From Candidatus Omnitrophota bacterium (GTDB taxonomy: Bacteria > Omnitrophota > Gorgyraeia > JABMRG01): DNA of 64,000 bases. The position numbers and the translations under genes were made by a program. The notes under the pieces are model-generated. The model was not told the DNA's origin. It saw nothing but the letters and a program-made list of their open reading frames with translations, and searched no databases. How positions within the stretch are numbered: position 1 is the stretch's first letter; each line of letters opens with the position of its first letter. This document shows positions 1-8,591 of this stretch, one piece after another. The stretch lies in contig JBHPDT010000001.1 in the NCBI GenBank assembly GCA_042577545.1, positions 15,453 to 79,452 on the forward strand, read 5' to 3'.

Positions 1-1
1 T

Positions 2-397
2 GAAGAGGATTTTCCTGAAATAACTGAAACTGATGCCAAACTTGTTAAGCTGGCCAAAGTTCTCGATTGCCCTGTTTTTACTAATGATTTTAATCTTAAC
101 AAAATAGCTGAGCTTCAGGGTGTGGTCGTTCTTAATATAAATGAGCTCGCCAATGCTGTTAAGCCTGTTATGCTTCCGGGTGAGGAGATGGAGGTCAAAC
201 TTATTAAAGAAGGCAAAGAGCATAGCCAGGGGATAGGCTATCTTGACGATGGAACTATGATCGTAGTTGAAGGCGGCAGGCATCTGATAGGGCAGACCAG
301 AAAGATCGTTGTTACAAGTGTTTTGCAGACCGCTGCTGGACGTATGATATTTGCTAAGACTCAAGATGATAATAATTTCAATAAGAAGAAACGATAG
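2..397 (+). CDS. yacL: PIN/TRAM-domain protein, YacL-like (5' end outside window)
   Basis: Frame open from nt 2, upstream of the listed Met (..[31 protein letters not shown]..). TRAM-like C-terminus [30 protein letters not shown]. Sits directly upstream of ispD-ispF. Confidence 0.7.
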   Translation, partial: EEDFPEITETDAKLVKLAKVLDCPVFTNDFNLNKIAELQGVVVLNINELANAVKPVMLPGEEMEVKLIKEGKEHSQGIGYLDDGTMIVVEGGRHLIGQTRKIVVTSVLQTAAGRMIFAKTQDDNNFNKKKR

Positions 398-431
398 ATA
401 AGCCTGTCTCTTAAAAAAAGCTAAGATTTCA

Positions 432-1178
432 ATGAAAAAGAGTCGGACAAGAACTGTTGCTATTATCCCTTCCGCTGGTTGCGGAAAGAGGATGCGTTCT
501 AAGGTCGATAAGCCATTTGTAAGACTGAATAAGAAAGAGCTTATCTATTATACTCTAAGGGCATTAGAAGGCTCTTCGTTTATTGATGATATTATAATAG
601 TTTCGACTAAAAATAATATACCTAGATTCAAAAGACTCGTTATTAGGGAAGGCTTCAGTAAGGTATCGTATATAGTTGTAGGTGGAGACAGGCGAGCCGA
701 GTCTGTGTCTAATGGGCTTAAGTTTGTGAACTCTGGTATAGACTATATCCTTGTTCATGATGCGGCAAGACCGCTGCTTACCAAGGATATTATTAAGAGA
801 ACCTTAGATGGGGCAAAAAGAAGTGGCGGAGCTATCTGCGCTGTCTTGACAAAGCCTACAATTAAGGAGTCATATCCTAATAAGTCAATTATAAGGAGAA
901 CACTTAATAGAAGAGTTCTCTGGGAGGCGCATACTCCTCAGGTGTTTAAGAGAGATATTTTATTAAAGGCATATGCTAGGGCTGGAAAAAGAGCCGGTTC
1001 TTTTACAGATGAGGCATCTCTGGTTGAGGCGTATGGTAAGAAGGTTGCGTTAGTGGAAGGGAGTTACTCGAATATCAAGGTTACGACGCAAGAGGACCTA
1101 GTTGTTGCGGGAGCGCTGTTAGGAAGTTCAAAAATTAAAAATAAAAAATCAAAGCTGAAATTAAAAATAAAAAAATGA
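432..1178 (+). CDS. ispD: 2-C-methyl-D-erythritol 4-phosphate cytidylyltransferase
   Basis: N-terminal VAIIPSAGCGKRM..KPF nucleotide-binding motif and VHDAARP. The stop overlaps the ispF start (ATGA at 1175-1178). The last ~17 aa ([15 protein letters not shown]) are encoded by an A-rich heptad repeat. Confidence 0.9.
   Translation: MKKSRTRTVAIIPSAGCGKRMRSKVDKPFVRLNKKELIYYTLRALEGSSFIDDIIIVSTKNNIPRFKRLVIREGFSKVSYIVVGGDRRAESVSNGLKFVNSGIDYILVHDAARPLLTKDIIKRTLDGAKRSGGAICAVLTKPTIKESYPNKSIIRRTLNRRVLWEAHTPQVFKRDILLKAYARAGKRAGSFTDEASLVEAYGKKVALVEGSYSNIKVTTQEDLVVAGALLGSSKIKNKKSKLKLKIKK
1130..1178 (+). repeat. A-rich 7-nt tandem array (7 units) forming the 3' end of ispD
   Basis: aaaaatt aaaaata aaaaatc aaagctg aaattaa aaataaa aaaatga. 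Same unit type as the left arm of the palindromic element at 14894-15012. Confidence 0.8.
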
Positions 1179-1645
1179 ACATACGAATAGGTATCGGATA
1201 CGATTTGCATAAGATTGAAGAGGGCAGAAGGCTTTTTTTAGGCGGGGTTGAGATCCCATCTGAGAGAGGTGCTATTGCTCATTCTGATGGAGACGTTCTT
1301 TTGCATGCGATCTGCGACGCGGTACTGGGGGCGTGCGCATTGGGTGATATTGGCAAATATTTTCCTGATACATCTGAAAAATATAAGGATATTAAGAGTC
1401 TGAAACTTTTAAAGGAGACAGTTGTTTTGGCTACGGAGTCTGGATTAAAAAAGATAATAAATGTAGATACAGTGGTTGTGTGCGATGAACCAAAACTAGC
1501 GCCGTACATAGAAGAGATGAAAAAGACTATTTCAGAAGTGCTTGAGATCTCAATAGGCGCTGTTGGCATAAAGGCGACGACTAGCGAAGGAACAGCCCCA
1601 GGCGTGGCGTCAAGCTACGCCGTGATTTTAATTGAAAAGGCATAA
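1175..1645 (+). CDS. ispF: 2-C-methyl-D-erythritol 2,4-cyclodiphosphate synthase
   Basis: [27 protein letters not shown] metal/substrate motifs. 156 aa, typical length. Confidence 0.95.
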   Translation: MNIRIGIGYDLHKIEEGRRLFLGGVEIPSERGAIAHSDGDVLLHAICDAVLGACALGDIGKYFPDTSEKYKDIKSLKLLKETVVLATESGLKKIINVDTVVVCDEPKLAPYIEEMKKTISEVLEISIGAVGIKATTSEGTAPGVASSYAVILIEKA

Positions 1646-1651
1646 TCAGGT

Positions 1652-1727
1652 CCGGTTATCGGTTATCGGTTTTAGGTTTTCGCTTACATGTTACCGAAAA
1701 CCGTAAACCGCAAACCGAACACCGAAC
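1652..1727. repeat. Heptad-periodic palindromic element, CGGTTNN word
   Basis: Left arm ccggttatcggttatcggttttaggttttcg (1652-1682), right arm cgaaaaccgtaaaccgcaaaccgaacaccga (1695-1725). 24/31 complementary by hand alignment. Mismatches occur as dinucleotides about once per unit. Confidence 0.9.
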
Positions 1728-1749
1728 GTATATAATACGGGAGATAAAA

Positions 1750-2433
1750 ATGTGCAATATATTTTTAACTATATTATGGATACTTTTAGCAATAGCGGTT
1801 ATCAAAATTATCCTTATTAGGATTATCTTTAAAAGAGAGATAAAGGCCATATTTGACAGAGATCCGGCAGCGCGCAACTCTATAGAGGTTATAGTTACAT
1901 ATGCCGGCCTGCATGCTCTCATAGCGCATAGGGTGGCAAATACGCTCCTGAGGTTAAAGGTGCCGCTGTTTCCACGATTGATCTCTCAGATAGCGCGCCA
2001 TTTTACAGGTATCGAGATACATCCCGGGGCTACTATAGGAAATGATTTTTTTATAGATCATGGCATGGGTGTTGTTATCGGTGAGACAACAATAATAGGC
2101 GATAATGTAACGCTCTTTCAAGGTGTGACCCTTGGTGGAACTGGTAAAGAGCAGGGAAAACGTCACCCCACCATAGGTAAAAATGTCGTTGTTGGTACAG
2201 GGGCAAAGATATTAGGCAATATTATAATAGGCGATAACTCATATGTTGGGGCAAATGCTGTTGTAATAAGGGATGTTCCACCTAATTCAACTGTTGTAGG
2301 TGTTCCTGGCCGCATTACTAAGCAGGATGGAAAGCGGATGGACGCCAGCTTTGATCATAAGAGGATCTTCGATCCTATTACCCAGGCGATCGAAGCCCTG
2401 CAGAAGAGAATCGAAGAGCTGGAGAAGAAGTAA
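1750..2433 (+). CDS. cysE: Serine O-acetyltransferase (short Bacillus-type) with hydrophobic N-terminal extension
   Basis: [34 protein letters not shown] and hexapeptide-repeat beta-helix. RBS gggag 8 nt upstream of the ATG. The first ~25 aa ([25 protein letters not shown]) are TM-like. Confidence 0.85.
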   Translation: MCNIFLTILWILLAIAVIKIILIRIIFKREIKAIFDRDPAARNSIEVIVTYAGLHALIAHRVANTLLRLKVPLFPRLISQIARHFTGIEIHPGATIGNDFFIDHGMGVVIGETTIIGDNVTLFQGVTLGGTGKEQGKRHPTIGKNVVVGTGAKILGNIIIGDNSYVGANAVVIRDVPPNSTVVGVPGRITKQDGKRMDASFDHKRIFDPITQAIEALQKRIEELEKK

Positions 2434-2455
2434 AAATCAACCTGATAAATTGGAA

Positions 2456-2593
2456 GTTACATGAAGTTGAGTCTTGATGTTGCATGATGTTGCATGAGGT
2501 TATAGGATGTTACATAAGGTTACCGTAACCTAATGTAACCTCAATTAACCTTATGTAACCTCATGTAACATGTTCAAATAACATCATGCAAAC
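2456..2593. repeat. 138-bp imperfect palindrome with 10-nt periodic arms (GTTRCATNAN / NTNATGYAAC)
   Basis: Left arm gttgcatgat gttgcatgag gttataggat gttacataag gttac. Centre c at 2524. Right arm gtaacctaat gtaacctcaa ttaaccttat gtaacctcat gtaac.. Roughly 70% arm complementarity by eye. Confidence 0.85.
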
Positions 2594-2630
2594 CCCAGCC
2601 TTTTAGAAGGTTAAAATAACCAGGCTTACT

Positions 2631-4061
2631 ATGAGAATACATAACTCACTTACAAATAAGAAAGAGGGGTTTGAGCCCCTTAATCCGCCAGATGTAAATA
2701 TATATACCTGCGGAGTTACTGTCTATGATGAGTCCCACATCGGCCACGCTCGGAGTCTCTATACATTTGATGTAATGAGAAGGTATTTGGAGTATAAGGA
2801 CTATAATGTTAACTTTGTCCGTAATATTACCGACATAGATGATAAGATCATCAATCGCGCAAATGAGCTTAAGATCGACTGGAAAGAGCTTGTTGATAAG
2901 TATATTCAAAGCTATAAGAAGGATTTGGAACTATTAGGTGTACGCCAAGGCACGCTAGATAAAGATGGAGAGGAGCCGCGCGCTACAAAGAATATCCCTG
3001 ATATGATTAAATACATCCAGAGCCTGATAGACAAAGGATACGCGTACGCAGCCCAGACAGGTGTATATTTTAGTGTCAGAAAGTTTAGTGAATATGGAAA
3101 ACTTTCGGGCCAGTCTATAGATCAGATGCAGGCTGGATCAAGGATAGATCGCGATGAGACGAAACAGGACCCACTCGATTTTGCTTTATGGAAGATATCA
3201 AAAGAGGGTGAGCCCTCTTGGGATTCGCCTTGGGGTAAAGGGCGGCCAGGATGGCATATAGAGTGTTCTGTAATGAGTCAGAAGTTTTTAAAGACCGATA
3301 CCCTAGATATTCATGCTGGGGGGCGGGATCTGATATTTCCGCATCATGAAAATGAGACTGCGCAATCCGAAGCCTACACAGGTAAGCAATTTGCCAAGTT
3401 TTGGATTCATCATGGGTTATTGACAATAAATGGTCAGAAGATGTCAAAGTCTCTTGGGAATTTTATTACAATAAAAGATGCATTAGAAAAATATAACTCC
3501 GATGAGCTAAAGATATTTTTCCTACAGGCACATTACTCAAGTCCAATAGATTTTTCTGATGACAAGATGGTAGAGTGCAAGAACGCACTGGAAAGATTTC
3601 ATATATTTTTTGATAAGATGCAGCGTCGCAGATCAGAGAATTCGTCACTTAAGGAAATTTTTTCAGAGAAATGGTGTGTACCTTCTTTTGGTGAAAAAAT
3701 AAAGGAGATTAAGTCTAAATTTTTTGAATCCATGGATGATGATTTCAATACTCCACAGGCATTGGGTTGTTTATTCGAGATTTTAAAGGAGGCAAATAAA
3801 GATTCTCATAGAGAGTATCAAGATTCCGCAAATGCAGAATCTATAATAAGGGAGCTTGGTAGCATTTTTGGTTTGTTTTCAGCAGCCGGGAAGAAATTAG
3901 ATGATGATATGGAATCTTACGTAAAGGCAAAGATAGATGAGAGAAACAAGGCGAGAGCTGAAAAAAAATTCAAACTGGCCGATTCAATAAGAGATGAACT
4001 GTTAAAACAAGATATTATACTTGAAGATGGAGCAGAGGGAACAACGTGGCGGCAAAATTAA
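2631..4061 (+). CDS. cysS: Cysteinyl-tRNA synthetase
   Basis: Class I aaRS HIGH (SHIGHARS) and KMSKS (GQKMSKSLGN) motifs. GWHIECS zinc/cysteine-binding region. Confidence 0.95.
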   Translation: MRIHNSLTNKKEGFEPLNPPDVNIYTCGVTVYDESHIGHARSLYTFDVMRRYLEYKDYNVNFVRNITDIDDKIINRANELKIDWKELVDKYIQSYKKDLELLGVRQGTLDKDGEEPRATKNIPDMIKYIQSLIDKGYAYAAQTGVYFSVRKFSEYGKLSGQSIDQMQAGSRIDRDETKQDPLDFALWKISKEGEPSWDSPWGKGRPGWHIECSVMSQKFLKTDTLDIHAGGRDLIFPHHENETAQSEAYTGKQFAKFWIHHGLLTINGQKMSKSLGNFITIKDALEKYNSDELKIFFLQAHYSSPIDFSDDKMVECKNALERFHIFFDKMQRRRSENSSLKEIFSEKWCVPSFGEKIKEIKSKFFESMDDDFNTPQALGCLFEILKEANKDSHREYQDSANAESIIRELGSIFGLFSAAGKKLDDDMESYVKAKIDERNKARAEKKFKLADSIRDELLKQDIILEDGAEGTTWRQN

Positions 4062-4714
4062 AAAAAGGTATATTTATTACATTTGAGGGCACAGAAGGAA
4101 GCGGGAAATCTACGCAATCTAAGATGCTCACAGCTTTTTTAAAGAAAAAAGGGTTTAAAGTGGCCCACATATGGGATCCGGGTAGTACGTCTTTAGGGGA
4201 GTCTGTAAGAGATATCCTTCTTAATTCTAAAGATAACTTTTCGTATACGTCTGAGACTCTTCTTTATCTTGCGGCAAGAGCTCAACTGGCTGAGGAGAAG
4301 ATACTACCAGCTTTAAAGGATGGTAGTATAGTCATATGTGATAGATTTATCGATGCCACTATATCCTATCAGGGTTATGGACTTGGTATAGATGTTAAAG
4401 AGATCGAGCGGATGAATAAGTTTGTAATTAGTCCTATAAGAGAACCTGATTTGACAATTTTTTTGGAAGTGGATATCTGTAAGGGGTTAGAACGCGCACA
4501 TTCTGTTAAGGGGTTTTCTGATAGGATCGAGCGAAGAAGTATTGATTTTCATAAGAGAGTAAAAAGCGGCTATATGGCGCTTTCAAAAAAGTACCCAAAA
4601 AGAATTAAGAGGATATCCATTGAGAAGAACGATATCAAGGACACCCAAGAGATCGTGAGGAGCGCTGTTTTAGATGTCATTAAAGGACGTAAGGGGACAA
4701 GAAAGCGCGCTTGA
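4046..4714 (+). CDS. tmk: Thymidylate kinase
   Basis: P-loop FEGTEGSGKST, DRF motif (ICDRFIDAT). GTG start overlapping the cysS end by 16 nt. Confidence 0.9.
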   Translation: MAAKLKKGIFITFEGTEGSGKSTQSKMLTAFLKKKGFKVAHIWDPGSTSLGESVRDILLNSKDNFSYTSETLLYLAARAQLAEEKILPALKDGSIVICDRFIDATISYQGYGLGIDVKEIERMNKFVISPIREPDLTIFLEVDICKGLERAHSVKGFSDRIERRSIDFHKRVKSGYMALSKKYPKRIKRISIEKNDIKDTQEIVRSAVLDVIKGRKGTRKRA

Positions 4715-5642
4715 TATTCTTAAGCGAAGCGAGAGAAATTCACGCCTGGCGCATGCCTATCTTTTTTTGGGACCAAAAGGTTGCGGAAAAAAAAGAGCGG
4801 CTTTAGAATTTAGCAAGTTTCTGAATTGTGAGGATAAAAAAGACGATGCTTGCGATAAATGTTCGTCTTGTATAAAGATAGATAAGCTGGCTCATCCGGA
4901 TCTTTTTGTTGTAGAGAGAGATGAGAAAGCGACACAAATTTCAATATCTCAGATAAGGCGAATCAAGGAGCGGCTTAGCCTTAAGCCATTTGAGGCGCGA
5001 TATAATATAGCGCTTATAATGGATGCGCACTATATGAATGACGAGTCCTTTAACAGTCTTCTCAAGATATTAGAGGAGCCTGGGCAGGATACGCTCTTTA
5101 TATTAACCGCATCAAACCAGCGATCCTTGCCTGAGACCATAGTGTCAAGATGCCAGATTATCAAATTTAGGCCTTTAACAAAGAAAGAGGTCGAGAATCA
5201 TCTAAAGGATGAGCTATCACTAGACTCCGAAGAAGCTGGCATACTCTCTTCTGTTTCAGGCGGTAATTTAGAATATGCGCTGCGTCTTAAATCTGAGGAT
5301 ATGCTTAGCTTTAAGAACAGCCTGATAGATGAGATAGTTTTAAACAATGGTTTTTATAAGCAGGATCAGTCCCTGCTCTTAGGCCTAAAGAGAGAGGATC
5401 AGAAAGAGGCGTTAAATCTTCTTTTAGGATTCTATCGTGATCTGATCATATATAAGGTAACAAGGGATGATAACCTTATTATAAATATTGATAGGATCCA
5501 GGATATAGCAAAACTATCTGAATCTGTGAGTATCGAGAAAGCCCAAAAATATATAAGTATTGTAGAAAAAATAAGAGAAGCTATTAGCATAAATGTAAAT
5601 TCTAAATTAGCTATACGCACTTTGCAGGCGAATTTGACATAG
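4674..5642 (+). CDS. holB: DNA polymerase III delta' subunit
   Basis: AAA+ clamp-loader box HAYLFLGPKGCGKK, Zn module CDKCSSC, SRC motif (IVSRCQII). Confidence 0.8.
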   Translation: MSLKDVRGQESALDILKRSERNSRLAHAYLFLGPKGCGKKRAALEFSKFLNCEDKKDDACDKCSSCIKIDKLAHPDLFVVERDEKATQISISQIRRIKERLSLKPFEARYNIALIMDAHYMNDESFNSLLKILEEPGQDTLFILTASNQRSLPETIVSRCQIIKFRPLTKKEVENHLKDELSLDSEEAGILSSVSGGNLEYALRLKSEDMLSFKNSLIDEIVLNNGFYKQDQSLLLGLKREDQKEALNLLLGFYRDLIIYKVTRDDNLIINIDRIQDIAKLSESVSIEKAQKYISIVEKIREAISINVNSKLAIRTLQANLT

Positions 5643-5645
5643 CAG

Positions 5646-5675
5646 CGTATTGCGTATATCGTATTGCGTATTGCG
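5646..5675 (+). repeat. Direct 7-nt array CGTATTG x4 (one variant unit)
   Basis: cgtattg cgtatat cgtattg cgtattg cgcc immediately after the holB stop. No convincing complementary arm found nearby. Confidence 0.8.
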
Positions 5676-5737
5676 CCTCAAGTAATAAACAATATCGTAA
5701 ACTACCCGTAACCATGCTGTGCCAAAAGTCAACAAAT

Positions 5738-5806
5738 TGTCATTCCCGCATAAGCGGGAATCCAGACATGTCGAGTATAGATCCCCGCTTTCGCGGGGAT
5801 GACATG
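5738..5806. repeat. Twin GC-rich mini-hairpins enclosed by a short closing stem
   Basis: attcccgc-ataa-gcgggaat (5742-5761) and atccccgc-tttc-gcggggat (5781-5800), bracketed by tgtcat (5738-5743) / atgaca (5799-5804). Confidence 0.85.
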
Positions 5807-5891
5807 AGAAATAGATTTTTGTTATAGTTGCAATTATTCCATGATACAGGTTGAATGAGAGATTAAATATATAAGAAAGTGGTGAGAGATT

Positions 5892-6710
5892 ATGCATAAA
5901 GTCGTTGAGGTAAAACAGAGAGAAGAAGGCAAGGTAGTACATTATCTTGTTGGTGATCTAAAGCCTACAGCTGGGGATTATGTGATTATCGAGTCTGATC
6001 GCGGCCTGGACTATGGGCAGGTGGTCTCTGCTGAAGAGATACTGCTTGATTCGAAGATGCTTCAGAATCCGATGCGCAAGATTGTGCGTATAGCGAATAA
6101 ACACGATATGGATAATGTAAACCGCAATAAACAGAAAGCGGAAGAGGTTATAAAGACCTGCAATAGGAAGATATCCGAGCATAAGCTTAATATGAAGCTT
6201 ATCGATGCTGAGCTCTCCTTTGATTGCAGCAAGATAATATTTTATTTTACCGCCGAGGAGCGTATAGATTTTAGGGAACTGGTAAAAGATCTTGCCAAAA
6301 TATTTAAGGCTCGAATAGAATTAAAACAGGTTGGCGTAAGAGATGAAGCGAGAATGTTTGGTGGTTTTGGACAATGTGGAAAAGAGCTTTGCTGCGCCAC
6401 ATTTTTAAAAGATTTTGAGCCTGTTACAATAAAGATGGCAAAGGATCAGAATTTGCCGTTAAATCCTACAAAGATCTCAGGTGTTTGTGGGCGCCTGATG
6501 TGCTGCCTCTCATATGAGCATAAGCATTATAAAGAGCGCGCTAAAGGACTACCGAGAGCAGGACAGAAGATTAAGACCCAGGAAGGGCAGGGCAAGGTAG
6601 TGGATGTTAATTATCTTAAGCGAATTGCCACTGTTGAGCTTGAGGATGGCAGACACCTGAAGATAGATTTTTGTAAAACATGTAAGACTGATAAAAATGC
6701 GAAGCACTAA
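5892..6710 (+). CDS. ricT: PSP1 C-terminal domain protein (RicT/YaaT-like)
   Basis: Cys-rich signature CGKELCCATFL..GVCGRLMCCLSYE. Position after tmk-holB as in Bacillus yaaT. Confidence 0.8.
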   Translation: MHKVVEVKQREEGKVVHYLVGDLKPTAGDYVIIESDRGLDYGQVVSAEEILLDSKMLQNPMRKIVRIANKHDMDNVNRNKQKAEEVIKTCNRKISEHKLNMKLIDAELSFDCSKIIFYFTAEERIDFRELVKDLAKIFKARIELKQVGVRDEARMFGGFGQCGKELCCATFLKDFEPVTIKMAKDQNLPLNPTKISGVCGRLMCCLSYEHKHYKERAKGLPRAGQKIKTQEGQGKVVDVNYLKRIATVELEDGRHLKIDFCKTCKTDKNAKH

Positions 6711-6836
6711 ATTCGAAATCCTAAATTCTAAACAATATCTAAATCCGAAATTCAAATGCTCCAAACCTGAGTTTTGTATTTTGGTAATTAGAGAATTAGG
6801 ATTTGTTTAGCATTTAGATATTAGGATTTAGAATTT
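6709..6836. repeat. Heptad-periodic palindromic element, AAATYCT word
   Basis: aaattcg aaatcct aaattct aaacaat.. on the left. Outer 16 nt (6709-6724) pair 15/16 with ttaggatttagaattt (6821-6836). Followed by RBS aaaggag of metG. Confidence 0.85.
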
Positions 6837-6860
6837 ATTGTTAAAGGAGCTGGTTGGCTG

Positions 6861-8393
6861 ATGGACAAGAAGGCATTCTATATAACAACCCCATTATATT
6901 ATGTGAATGCTAAGCCTCATATAGGCCATGCGTATACTCAGGTTGCGTGCGATTGCATCTCAAGATATAAGCGCATGAAGGATGAGGACGTCTTCTTTTT
7001 GACTGGAACAGATGAGCACGGGCAAAAGGTTCAGCGATCTGCGGAGAATGAAGGTAAGGAGACCTTAGAGTTTATAGATTCAGTTGTGGTAAAATTCAAG
7101 GATCTCTGGTCAAAGCTTGATATATCTCATGATGATTTTATCCGCACTACTGAAAAACGCCATGTTGATACAGTAAGCAAGGTCTTATCTGTATTATATG
7201 AAAAAGGGGATATATATCAGGATGAGTACACGGGCTTTTATTGTACTCCGTGTGAGAGTTTCTGGTCAGAATCCCAGGCAAAAGATAGATTATGTCCAGA
7301 TTGTCAGCGCAAGACGGAGCAGATATCTGAGACAAACTATTTCTTTAGAACATCGAAGTACCAGGGGTGGCTTATAAACTATATAAATGAACACCCTGAT
7401 TTTATAAGACCTAAGATTAGGAGGAATGAGGTCTTAGGCTGCCTGCAGGAGACACTTAACGATCTTTGTATATCAAGACCTAGGGAGCGATTGACATGGG
7501 GCATTGATCTGCCTTTTGCAAAAGATCATGTAACTTATGTATGGTTTGACGCGTTAATTAATTATATAAGCGCTTGCGGTTGGGCGCATGATGACAAAAA
7601 ATTTAAAAAGCTTTGGCCAGCCAATTTTCACATAATTGGAAAAGATATATTAAGACATCACGGTATATTTTGGCCGATCATGCTGCATGCCTTGGGCATA
7701 GATCTGCCCCAGACTGTTTTTGCGCATGGTTGGTGGATGATCCATGGGGAGAAGATCTCCAAGTCAAAGGGGAATATCGTCGATCCGTTTGATGTTATAG
7801 ATATCTTTGGCCAGAATGGTTTTAGGTATTTTCTGCTGCGTGAAGTCACATTTGGTCTTGATGGCACCTTTAGTGAAGAGGCGCTTACTACGAGGTTTAA
7901 TGGAGACCTTGCTAATGATCTTGGGAATCTATTAAATCGTACGCTTACCATGGTGGAGAAGTATTTTGATGGTATAGTGCCTGATGCGGGTGAGGCAAGT
8001 GAGGATGATAAGAAGCTGGATGAAGCATTGATGAGCATATTGCCGAAGATCGATACATTTATTCCCAAACTTAATTTTAATCAGGCGCTTATCTCTATCT
8101 GGGAGGTTATAAATATAGCGAATAAGCATATAGAGGTATCAGCTCCTTGGACATTATCGAAGGAAGGTAAGACAGAGAGATTGAAGTCTGTTATATATAT
8201 ATTGTTAAAGGTTCTAAGCTACTGCGCTTTCTTCGTGTATCCTTTTATGCCTGATGCTGCTATGGAGATCTCAAGACAACTTGGTATGGACCTTAATGAG
8301 AAAGAACTAAGGTTTAACCAGCTTGACGGTGAAGTGCTTAAGCCAGGTACTCGTATCAATAAAGGCAATCCAATCTTTCCGAGAATAATGTGA
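6861..8393 (+). CDS. metG: Methionyl-tRNA synthetase (no C-terminal tRNA-binding appendage)
   Basis: HIGH (PHIGHAYT), KMSKS variant (GEKISKSKGN), zinc knuckles CTPC..CPDC. Confidence 0.95.
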   Translation: MDKKAFYITTPLYYVNAKPHIGHAYTQVACDCISRYKRMKDEDVFFLTGTDEHGQKVQRSAENEGKETLEFIDSVVVKFKDLWSKLDISHDDFIRTTEKRHVDTVSKVLSVLYEKGDIYQDEYTGFYCTPCESFWSESQAKDRLCPDCQRKTEQISETNYFFRTSKYQGWLINYINEHPDFIRPKIRRNEVLGCLQETLNDLCISRPRERLTWGIDLPFAKDHVTYVWFDALINYISACGWAHDDKKFKKLWPANFHIIGKDILRHHGIFWPIMLHALGIDLPQTVFAHGWWMIHGEKISKSKGNIVDPFDVIDIFGQNGFRYFLLREVTFGLDGTFSEEALTTRFNGDLANDLGNLLNRTLTMVEKYFDGIVPDAGEASEDDKKLDEALMSILPKIDTFIPKLNFNQALISIWEVINIANKHIEVSAPWTLSKEGKTERLKSVIYILLKVLSYCAFFVYPFMPDAAMEISRQLGMDLNEKELRFNQLDGEVLKPGTRINKGNPIFPRIM

Positions 8394-8416
8394 GGGAAAG
8401 CGACACGTATACTGTA

Positions 8417-8564
8417 GTAACCAGTTGCCAGTTGCCAGAAACCAGATAGCGATAAATTATTTCCTTTTTTGACGAATAATCAGCCATTTGATTAAAATAA
8501 AATAATCTCTTATTGTCCTGGCATCTGGTCATCTTCTGGTTACTGGTTACTGGTTTCTGGTTAC
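8417..8564. repeat. Heptad-periodic palindromic element, CTGGTNN word, with long AT-rich loop
   Basis: Left arm gtaaccagt tgccagt tgccaga aaccaga (8417-8446), right arm ..ctggtta ctggtta ctggttt ctggttac (8517-8564). Outer 8 nt are perfectly complementary. The loop holds ttccttttttgac, the reverse complement of gtcaaaaaaggaa seen at 22815-22827 and 22868-22880. Confidence 0.9.
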
Positions 8565-8591
8565 TAACTTAAAGTATCTACTGGTGTTAAT

